64,000 bases of DNA from a virus (lineage: Duplodnaviria > Caudoviricetes): positions 16,552 through 80,551 of the IMG/VR virus record IMGVR_UViG_3300025416_000002. One strand, 5' to 3'. The notes beneath the pieces are model-generated. The model did no database searches and was not told the DNA's origin. It worked only from the letters and a program-made list of their open reading frames with translations. The translations under genes and the position numbers were made by a program. How positions within the stretch are numbered: position 1 is the stretch's first letter; the number at the start of each line of letters is the position of its first letter. Below are positions 9,963-18,480 of the stretch, one piece after another.

Positions 9963-10375
9963 ATCCGTACGTCATTGAGCAAAGCGAACTAGCTTATCTC
10001 AGAGGCTTACTGACTCAAAAAGACATCAACTCAGTTCAAGAGGCGATGCTTTCCATCGTAATGCTTCGCAAGCGAGAGGAAGAGTTCGAGCTTGAGAACA
10101 TTAAGTTCGAGCAGGACTTGTTCATCAACAACACTCCTTTGTATCGTGAGTACATCAAGAACAAAGAAGAGCAAGTTGAAAGCGGCAATGAAGGCATTAC
10201 TTGGATGGCTCCTGAAAGCGTCGAAGAAGCTCGAGAGTTGATGAACATCTTTAGTGATATCGATAAGCAGCTCAAGGAGATGGAAGAAGATCCCACCACA
10301 CCAGAGCAGCCAGCAATGAGCTTCTTGGATGTACTGGGTAGCATTAACGTGGATGAGATCGGAGGTGATGACTAA
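9438..10375 (+). CDS. Tail assembly chaperone, -1 frameshifted long form
   Basis: The -1 frame is open from 9950 (AGA TGG AAA GTA GAT CCG = RWKVDP...) and continuous with ORF 10046..10375. Confidence 0.8.
9944..9950 (+). other. Programmed -1 ribosomal frameshift site CCCAAAA
   Basis: X XXY YYZ heptamer in the correct frame (ACC CCA AAA GAT), three codons before the TAG. Confidence 0.85.
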
Positions 10376-12708
10376 TGGCAGAGCCGATTCAATTAGAATT
10401 TGAATTTCCTGACAATACAGCTAACTTAAATAATAGCTGGAGCGGTCTCGCTGGTATTAGTAAAGACATCCGCGACTCATGGGCAGCTGTTGATGATTCG
10501 ATGAAAGGCACGCTCGAACGAGCTGACGGAATCAGAGAAAAGCTAGACGACTACAAGGATCTTCTTATCGGCCTAAAGTCATTGGGCGAAGAGATCAAGA
10601 AGGTTTTCACCGATAACGACAACATTCTTAAAGGTGATATCCAGTTTATCAACCAGATCCTTCAGAATGCCAACAACGTTGGCAGTGTTATGTCGAGCGC
10701 AGAAGGCCGTATGCCCGGCTCACCGGCGCAAGGGCTTAATAACCCTTTGGCCAATCCAATGGCGTACCAAGCATATGCCAACCAAATGCGTCAGATCCAA
10801 ACAGACCCATTCTATGGTGCTTCTGGACGTGGTCTGAACTCTCAGTTTGCTACATCGGGCAACAATTCATGGTTTGACAATAGAGGACCTATTGCCAACG
10901 TGCAATCACGCGGTGGTGGATTCCGTGGCGGTAATACTACTGGAGGCAATAACTTAGGTGGTATCTGGGGCGGTGGCGATGAAGCATGGGAAGACAATGG
11001 TCCAGCTAATCCAGGCAATGCTCCAACAACTGGAGCCAGTGGTCGTGCCACAACCAACGTGTCACAACCGAAAACAAACAGTCTTGGCGGCGTAATAACT
11101 AGATCAACCATTCCTTTTAACTTGGCCGAGGCTTACCCTAATCTTAGCGATGCATTCTTTAATGCTAAGGGTGAATACGCTATTAATGCTGGTAATTACC
11201 AGAACGTTCCTTATTACGCTATTAACGCCATGGCTCAACAAATGGGCGAACTGCCATTCATGAACACCACACCTGGTCAAATTTTTACCAGTGGTGCTCA
11301 GAACATGCTGTCTGGTTATGCAAAGTACATTTCTACTGCTGCGCCTTCTAACTATGGTCAAACAGTTGATGCGAGTGGCAACCCCATAACCAATGGATCT
11401 AACCTTTACAACAACCAGCAGCTTCAACTCATGAACGTGCTGAACAAGATCAGTGGATTTTTGGGCGGCACAAACGCAAATGGCACTCCAAACCCAGGAT
11501 CATTTGGTTCAAAGGCTATCAATGCCGCTGGTATTTACCAGGTCATGTCAGGGTTTACCGGTTTAGTCAACAATACCGGTGCATACTTGAGAGATAAGGT
11601 GGGTTATCCATCTCAGGAATACGCAGACGTTCTCGGTTATGCCAACGGTGGCATGGGTCTGCCCCAATATGCTCAGCTTACAGCTAGTGCAGGTACATTC
11701 GCTGTTTCACATGACCTTGCTGCCTATAGTTACAGAGACGCACTCAATGCTGCTATGGCAGCCACAGAGCTTGGTCTTAAGGGTGGAGATGTAAGCAATT
11801 ATCGCAATATTGACTACACCCTTCAGACCCAATACGGTATGAACCAACAAGAGGTTCAGACCATGATGGGCACAAGCCTTGCTTATGGTGTCAACATGAA
11901 CCAGTTCGCATCTGGTCTAGAGCAAGCTCGACAGCTTGGTTCACGCACCAACACAAGCACTGCATACGTTAACCAGAACTTCCAGTCTGGCGTTACTACT
12001 GCAGCAAGCATTGGCCTTACCGGCAACAATGCTGTTGCTTTTGGTAATTCTGCTGTCCAATTCGGTGCAGGAAACCAGATCGCCCAGCAAGCAGGTATGA
12101 CTGGTCAGGAACTCCTTGGTACTAACCTTGGTAATGCCTTGCTTGCTCAGCAACTTGGTGTACCCTTTATGGACGTTTACGCGGCACTGCAATCTCCTTC
12201 TATGACTGCCGCCAAGGCACTTGGTGCTGAAGACAAGGCATGGTTGGGTCTTCTCCAGAACATCGGTATCCCAGTAAACTCCATCAAGAAACTCTCAGAT
12301 CTTAACCCATACGCTATAAAATTGGGAATCATCCTTCCGCAGCTTGGTGTTAGTTCTGTAACAACTCCGCAACAGGCAACGGTCTGGGCATTCCAGACCA
12401 TCCTCGCTGCAAGAGGAGTGACTGCTGCCAACACCTCAAAGACTGGTTCTTCCGGAACTTCAGGTGGACAAGGAACACCATCAGCTGCGAATAGCATGAT
12501 ACAAACTGGAGGGTTGGGAACTGACACCAGCAACCTAAACTATGTCAACAATGCACTCGGTCTTGCAAACACGTCATCATCTGTTACAACTTCTAACGGA
12601 GTAACTGTACAAATTAACCTATCACCTTCTGCAGCGCAAGCTATTAGTGCTACAGTATCTAATACGGCTTCTACTGCCGCAGGTTATGTTCCTAATGCAG
12701 GCAATTAA
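10375..12708 (+). CDS. Tape measure protein
   Basis: Follows the frameshifted chaperones; long helical Ala/Gly/Gln-rich protein, 777 aa. Confidence 0.8.
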   Translation: MAEPIQLEFEFPDNTANLNNSWSGLAGISKDIRDSWAAVDDSMKGTLERADGIREKLDDYKDLLIGLKSLGEEIKKVFTDNDNILKGDIQFINQILQNANNVGSVMSSAEGRMPGSPAQGLNNPLANPMAYQAYANQMRQIQTDPFYGASGRGLNSQFATSGNNSWFDNRGPIANVQSRGGGFRGGNTTGGNNLGGIWGGGDEAWEDNGPANPGNAPTTGASGRATTNVSQPKTNSLGGVITRSTIPFNLAEAYPNLSDAFFNAKGEYAINAGNYQNVPYYAINAMAQQMGELPFMNTTPGQIFTSGAQNMLSGYAKYISTAAPSNYGQTVDASGNPITNGSNLYNNQQLQLMNVLNKISGFLGGTNANGTPNPGSFGSKAINAAGIYQVMSGFTGLVNNTGAYLRDKVGYPSQEYADVLGYANGGMGLPQYAQLTASAGTFAVSHDLAAYSYRDALNAAMAATELGLKGGDVSNYRNIDYTLQTQYGMNQQEVQTMMGTSLAYGVNMNQFASGLEQARQLGSRTNTSTAYVNQNFQSGVTTAASIGLTGNNAVAFGNSAVQFGAGNQIAQQAGMTGQELLGTNLGNALLAQQLGVPFMDVYAALQSPSMTAAKALGAEDKAWLGLLQNIGIPVNSIKKLSDLNPYAIKLGIILPQLGVSSVTTPQQATVWAFQTILAARGVTAANTSKTGSSGTSGGQGTPSAANSMIQTGGLGTDTSNLNYVNNALGLANTSSSVTTSNGVTVQINLSPSAAQAISATVSNTASTAAGYVPNAGN

Positions 12709-12713
12709 ACAAT

Positions 12714-13256
12714 ATGGCAACACAGTTTGATAACAAGAATTCTTATACAGTAGCTACATTGACAGACGGCACTACGGGAAAGGTGTATAGCTTCCCGTAC
12801 AATATCAATACCGCTCAATGGACGTACCAGTTAAATACAAACAGTATTAGTACAATCGGTGGACGCGTTACTCAGCTTCTATCCACCAGAACAAACACCT
12901 TGATGATTCAGGGTGAAGCGGGTAGTAGACAGAAACTTTTGGATCTTTATACCGCCTTCAAGACTATGCAAGATAACCAGAATGTATTCAAGACTGCGAG
13001 TGCAACCTTGAACGTTCCTAGCCAGGGCTTAATCCTGAACGTATGGCTGGAGCAAATGCAAATGGGTTGGGGCGTAGAAACAGTAACTTACCAGTACAGT
13101 ATGGCATTTGAGATCGAGAATGATCTCAGCAGTAGCACGCAGCTTTCAACTGCAATAACCAACGACGCACTTAATCGAATTAGCAGTGGCGTTGGGTTTA
13201 ATTCAGACTACCTTGGCTTCACAACGCAGAGTGTGAACCTTACTCTCGGAAGATAA
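12714..13256 (+). CDS. Tail tube initiator/baseplate-proximal protein
   Basis: Post-tape-measure position; YSFPYNINT...LMIQGEAG pattern. Confidence 0.45.
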   Translation: MATQFDNKNSYTVATLTDGTTGKVYSFPYNINTAQWTYQLNTNSISTIGGRVTQLLSTRTNTLMIQGEAGSRQKLLDLYTAFKTMQDNQNVFKTASATLNVPSQGLILNVWLEQMQMGWGVETVTYQYSMAFEIENDLSSSTQLSTAITNDALNRISSGVGFNSDYLGFTTQSVNLTLGR

Positions 13257-13404
13257 TCATGCAAGATTACAGATACTCTAACTGCAAGATCTCTGGGCCA
13301 ATTCTTCAGCCAGGAAAGCAAACCGTCTCTTTCAATGGCATGGCTTGGAGCAGCACAGGGATGATGCACCAGGTTAACAACGTCAACGATGAAACCTGGG
13401 AATC

Positions 13405-14079
13405 ATGGCTGGCAACGCAACAATAACGCTATACGACGGGAACGAAAGTACTACTTTCGAAGTATGGATGCAGACTTTCTCAACGGGGTCTACTACCCAG
13501 TTTGACACACAGCAAATCCGTAACGGTATCAACTGGATCCCTATTCGTCGTCTGGAGATGTCAGTGGTCTTTTCGCTGACATGGCCATTGGTTGGCGTGC
13601 TAAATAAGAACGCAAAACCAGATCTTGGATTTGAAAAATTCGATCCAGCAGATGGTTTTGGTAAAATGCAATATTTCCAGGACACCATCCGGAAACATCA
13701 ACAGGCATTAGTAAATGGTGGCACGAATGTTCCAATGGTGCTAAACTATTACAACAACAGCACTAAAGCATCGCCAATCTTTAACACTCTGGTCAGTGAA
13801 CAACCTCTACCAGCTTTAAGCTACACAGGATGGATCCAGCAATCTGAGAAGAATTACATTCGATTCCAGAACGTTTACCAGACGAACTACACGATGTTAA
13901 TTATTACTCCGAATCTTTCCAATCCCAATGTTGCTTCGTACAACAATTCAACTACGGTTGTCAACAAATCCAAGACGTTCGCCCCAACAGCAGCTACCCA
14001 AAATAGCTATGGATCAAGTTGGATCAACCTGAACGTATTGGCATCTGGAACTAACTTAATTCAAGGACTTCCGAACTAA
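13405..14079 (+). CDS. Minor tail/baseplate protein
   Basis: Synteny; TAATG coupling to the hub gene. Confidence 0.45.
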   Translation: MAGNATITLYDGNESTTFEVWMQTFSTGSTTQFDTQQIRNGINWIPIRRLEMSVVFSLTWPLVGVLNKNAKPDLGFEKFDPADGFGKMQYFQDTIRKHQQALVNGGTNVPMVLNYYNNSTKASPIFNTLVSEQPLPALSYTGWIQQSEKNYIRFQNVYQTNYTMLIITPNLSNPNVASYNNSTTVVNKSKTFAPTAATQNSYGSSWINLNVLASGTNLIQGLPN

Positions 14080-16823
14080 TGAGTTACAACAAGTCAGGTA
14101 CTTTTACATACACACCAGACATCAGCTGTGTGATTAACACGATGAACAACGGTGTTATTGACGTATCCAATGACATTATTAACTTCTCAGTTACTCGCAA
14201 CATGAACGCAGTAAGTACTTTTACTGCTACCTTGGCGAACTCAAATCGTAAGTACAACCGCGTAATTAATACAATGGATCGAGTCACTGTGTTCCTTAAG
14301 CGTACACAGTATGTACAGGTATTTACTGGGTATATCACATACGCTCCAATTGAGACGTTGGTGCCTACGCCCATTATGATCAACGCATCTTGCACGCTAT
14401 ACCAGCTGCAATCAATCTATTGGGACGACACACTGCTTCAGTACCAGCAGCTGTTGCTCAACTACATGGACAGCACCGCTTCAAGTAGTGACCAGACATT
14501 GAACGATGGTGGTATTTCTCAGGTGATCGTCAACCTATTGACCACTGTAGCTGGTTGGGATGTCAGCCGACTTCATGTCGCTCCTGTTCCGCAGAAGTTC
14601 TTGGAGCTTGCTGCAACCGTAGCTCAGAACCAAGATCTTTACGCGAGTACGCTTAACCAAGCTGCCGTTGACAACATCGCAGCCATTGTTGGTATTGACA
14701 ACATCACTAGTGGTCAAAGCATTTCTTCGCGCAAGTACAAGTACGGAAGCACCCAGACCGTAAACGACTCATCAGCACCAGATGGTGGTGTGGGCACTGC
14801 TTTCTCCGTATCGAGAGCCGTTGCGCTAACCACAGCACCTATCAATGGCCAGAACAAGAAGTATTTCCCTGGTCCTAATACTCTCAATCCAGTAGATAAC
14901 AACAAGATCGACCAAGACATTTACTACTGCTCTTTGCCATTCTCGTTTATCACTAACACAGATCCTAACATTGTTACCGATGCAAAGGATTGGATTGCTA
15001 GCAACCCGTACAATCCCAATGGAAGCAAGTCAAATGGTCGCCTACTTATTCTGACCAACGATAAGACGAGCCGTGTTGTAGTCCTACGGGCAACCAGCAT
15101 CACCCAAAAGGTTGACAAGCAAGGCAACTTAGTCTATCAGAATGGCTATGCAGTACCTGACCCATCAGTCAACTACGCACAATGCCACCCAGGTGTAGTC
15201 GCCTATCTGAATGGTGATGTCAGCGATCCTACTCAATGGACGGGCAAAGGCTCTTCCAATATGTCTTTCATTAAGATCGCATGGGTAGACCAGACTCAAG
15301 TCTCTTCTCCTGGTCCTCAGAATGTGATCGAGAATTCCACGAAAACCAATGCTGACTCTTACTTGGGTATTAACCAGCAGAGCAATGCGAACTCCAACGT
15401 ACTTACAAGCGTGGCCTCTCAGCTTGTCAGCATCCTGGAAAGCCAGGAAGGTGCAATGTACTGGGATGGTGCACCGGGTTATGGTAAAGGATTCTCTAGA
15501 GAAACTCCGAACAACATCTATACCCATACCGGTGGTTGGTTCGACTGCTCTAGTTTAATGCAATGGGCTTATCGACAGATCGGTATCCCAATTGGGTCAA
15601 CCACCTATACACAGTATGGCCTTGGTCCCGACTACCCACCAAACGGCAACTCTGTATGCGGTGCATGGATCCCAACCAACCAGATGCCCATCGTCGGTGA
15701 CCTATTGTTCTGGGACGTACCATCTGACACTGGTGGACAGCCAGGTCACGTCATGTGCCTCGTAGAGCCATTTGATCCAGTTACTGGCTGGGGAACGATT
15801 ATCCAATCGTCAGCTCCAGGAAATCCAGTTGCTCTTGCTCAAATGAACTGGAAAGAAATGGTCAATGGTGGTAGCCCTAATGGCTGGTATATGACCTACA
15901 TGGGTGCCCGTAGACCTCTCACGCTTCACCCAGGTTGGGGTCAGACAACACAACAGAACGTTACCGTACCTAGCACGTCATCCACTGCTGACTACAGCAC
16001 AACTGAGACTTCTACGGTTCTTACGGATACCCAGGGTTGGAACACAATCTGGACTTCTCCGAACTACAACATTACGGCGTCTACCATCCAGGGTACTCCA
16101 CAGGCTTTTGCTCTTGATAACCCATTGATGCAAGACCTCGACCAAGTTATCCAGGCTGGTTTGAGATCGTACATGAGCGCACCCAATGGCGACTTTGTTG
16201 CTTGGTTCCCAGACTGGTACGGCGTCTATGGCATGGACCCAGTAATGGAAATCTGTGACATCGAGATTATTGACTTCCAGATCTATCACGATGACACTGC
16301 ACTAGTAACTCACGTAGCCATTATTGGTGACACGTCTGGTATTGGTACGTCGGTTAACCTAGTTGACTACATCACAACGCAAGGTATCGTTAGTATCCAG
16401 GACACGAGTACTATGCAGCTGCTGTTTGGTACTCTGAACAACTACGCCACGACTGACCAGCAGAATGCACAGATTGCACTGAACTTCTTGAAGCGATACG
16501 GCGTACGACCCATGATGCAGGAGACTTCGGTGCTCCACAGCCACGCACTCGAGTACTTCTTTGCTCTCCAGCAGTTCATGCAGCAATGGGCCAACCAGTT
16601 TGTTAGCACCGTATACCTTACGTTTATGCCTGAGCTTTACCCAGGAATGAGAATCGTTATCAATATCGACAACGAAACTGGTGGTCAGGATCAGTACCAA
16701 TTCTACTGCACGTCCGTGACACACAACGGTGACCGTAGTGGAGGATTTACAACGCAGGCAACGTTGACTGCACCCATTAAGAATGGAATGGTCATGCACT
16801 ACGGATTGGACTTTGTATCATGA
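14079..16823 (+). CDS. Baseplate hub protein with internal NlpC/P60 hydrolase
   Basis: Hub-like termini (IINFSVTRNMNAVSTFTATL; FMPELYPGMRIVI); internal FDCSSLMQWAY, GDLLFW, GHVMC catalytic motifs. Confidence 0.8.
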   Translation: MSYNKSGTFTYTPDISCVINTMNNGVIDVSNDIINFSVTRNMNAVSTFTATLANSNRKYNRVINTMDRVTVFLKRTQYVQVFTGYITYAPIETLVPTPIMINASCTLYQLQSIYWDDTLLQYQQLLLNYMDSTASSSDQTLNDGGISQVIVNLLTTVAGWDVSRLHVAPVPQKFLELAATVAQNQDLYASTLNQAAVDNIAAIVGIDNITSGQSISSRKYKYGSTQTVNDSSAPDGGVGTAFSVSRAVALTTAPINGQNKKYFPGPNTLNPVDNNKIDQDIYYCSLPFSFITNTDPNIVTDAKDWIASNPYNPNGSKSNGRLLILTNDKTSRVVVLRATSITQKVDKQGNLVYQNGYAVPDPSVNYAQCHPGVVAYLNGDVSDPTQWTGKGSSNMSFIKIAWVDQTQVSSPGPQNVIENSTKTNADSYLGINQQSNANSNVLTSVASQLVSILESQEGAMYWDGAPGYGKGFSRETPNNIYTHTGGWFDCSSLMQWAYRQIGIPIGSTTYTQYGLGPDYPPNGNSVCGAWIPTNQMPIVGDLLFWDVPSDTGGQPGHVMCLVEPFDPVTGWGTIIQSSAPGNPVALAQMNWKEMVNGGSPNGWYMTYMGARRPLTLHPGWGQTTQQNVTVPSTSSTADYSTTETSTVLTDTQGWNTIWTSPNYNITASTIQGTPQAFALDNPLMQDLDQVIQAGLRSYMSAPNGDFVAWFPDWYGVYGMDPVMEICDIEIIDFQIYHDDTALVTHVAIIGDTSGIGTSVNLVDYITTQGIVSIQDTSTMQLLFGTLNNYATTDQQNAQIALNFLKRYGVRPMMQETSVLHSHALEYFFALQQFMQQWANQFVSTVYLTFMPELYPGMRIVINIDNETGGQDQYQFYCTSVTHNGDRSGGFTTQATLTAPIKNGMVMHYGLDFVS

Positions 16824-17986
16824 CAATCCACAAGAAGGGTAGAACCCCTGCCACAAGAGTAGACAACAAGAACGGTGTTCGTAGGGTCGTACTTACCAGT
16901 GGCCCACAGCTGCACCCATTGAGCCTGGCTCAGAATGCCTCGAAGAACTATTACTGCAATAGCTTCGACATGAACGGATTCCAGATCCAGATCGATCTTC
17001 AGGCACTGCCAGCGAATGTTACGATCGATCAGATTCAACCCAACCAGGTCTGGTGGGTAGAGAAGCGCACATCGTTGTACCGTCTGTATCTATACGGTGG
17101 CGTAATGGATCCAGTGACTCGAAAGATCAACAGTACAGAGCCTTTGGTTCCTTCGATAAGTACTTCCTTAAACAACGTAACGATCAGCGGCAACCTGACT
17201 ATTAGTGGATCTATTAGCGGCGGAAGCACCGATGCATCATCACTCCGTGGCATCAACATTTCTACGTTAAGCCCAGGGAACGGCCAGGTTCTTCAGTACA
17301 ACGCTGCTCAGAATCAATACATTCCGGCCACAGTTAGTGGGGGCGGTTCTTCCACCACAATACTGGACTCTGCACGTGGAACATTGCCTCCACAATACTG
17401 GGGGCCTTCAGGGACAAATGGTCCTTCGTACCAGACTTTTGACCCAATCATGGCTGTCTCGCTTTATAACGTAGGCCAAGGTTCAACTGGCCAGACACCT
17501 TCTTTGTTGGTTTCTCCCAACATTTGGTGGAATGCTATCTACTTGCCATCAGGCATATCGCCAAGCATGATCTACTATGCGATCACCGCTACTGGAACTT
17601 CTACGGCCAAACTTTATATGGCGCTTTACAACTCTGTTTCACAAATAGGCTACACCCCAGCACTTTCTGCAGGGCCGGTTGGCATGGCATCAGGCACTAT
17701 GACCGCAACAAGTGCAGGCAGCTTGACCAGTATCTCTGGTGGCACTTACTGGGTGGCTGTGGTGGCATCAGGAACAGGAACATTCCCTCAGTTGTTCGGC
17801 AACGCCGAGTATTCTTTCCCAAGCAACATAATGGGGCCAGCTCTTTCAACCAGTAGCAAGCTGACAGTGCCTGCTGAATATATCACCGCGACAACATTGT
17901 CCGGTAAATTACCAACTTCGATGACATCAGTCACAACTGGTTTGTCATCTTCTACTGGTTCTTACTTTTGGTTTGGGGTCTCGTAA
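16820..17986 (+). CDS. Baseplate spike/fibre-like protein
   Basis: After the hub; GQVLQYNAAQNQYIP fibre-type motif; Ser/Thr/Gly-rich C-terminal domain. Confidence 0.5.
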   Translation: MTIHKKGRTPATRVDNKNGVRRVVLTSGPQLHPLSLAQNASKNYYCNSFDMNGFQIQIDLQALPANVTIDQIQPNQVWWVEKRTSLYRLYLYGGVMDPVTRKINSTEPLVPSISTSLNNVTISGNLTISGSISGGSTDASSLRGINISTLSPGNGQVLQYNAAQNQYIPATVSGGGSSTTILDSARGTLPPQYWGPSGTNGPSYQTFDPIMAVSLYNVGQGSTGQTPSLLVSPNIWWNAIYLPSGISPSMIYYAITATGTSTAKLYMALYNSVSQIGYTPALSAGPVGMASGTMTATSAGSLTSISGGTYWVAVVASGTGTFPQLFGNAEYSFPSNIMGPALSTSSKLTVPAEYITATTLSGKLPTSMTSVTTGLSSSTGSYFWFGVS

Positions 17987-18018
17987 TGTACTACAACCCT
18001 TATTTTGCTTAAGATATC

Positions 18019-18480
18019 ATGAAGACTCTTACAGTTAGCAACGGCGATCTTAATTTGAATGGCGGGAAACTTCAGTTCTCCTATGGTTCAAATAAACTAG
18101 CTCAAGACATTGCTCTGTGGCTTCAGGAGCCTCTTGGCACGGGATTTACAACTCCAGCTTTTGGCAGTTTGCTACCAGGGATGGTCGGTACGTCTCAGGC
18201 CACCAACAGCGCTAGCAGTGTTGAAAACGAAATATTAAGAGTGTTACAGTTGTACCAGGGTCAGCAGATCATCAACTTGCAGCAGGCCCAGAACTCTGCC
18301 CAGCTTTCCATCTGGAACAAGAATGAAATCATTCAAAGCATCGTGTCTGTCCAAGCCAACGTAGACAGCACAAATGGTACCCAAATAAACGCGAACATCG
18401 TCATTCAGACGCTTACTGGGAACCTTGTTAACTTAATCGCATCGATCAACAATAACGGAGTTAGTGTCCAAAATGGCTGA
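18019..18480 (+). CDS. Baseplate wedge protein (T4 gp25/gpW-like)
   Basis: GDLNLNGG...KLAQDIALWLQEPLG...PAFGSLL pattern; precedes baseplate J. Confidence 0.75.
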   Translation: MKTLTVSNGDLNLNGGKLQFSYGSNKLAQDIALWLQEPLGTGFTTPAFGSLLPGMVGTSQATNSASSVENEILRVLQLYQGQQIINLQQAQNSAQLSIWNKNEIIQSIVSVQANVDSTNGTQINANIVIQTLTGNLVNLIASINNNGVSVQNG

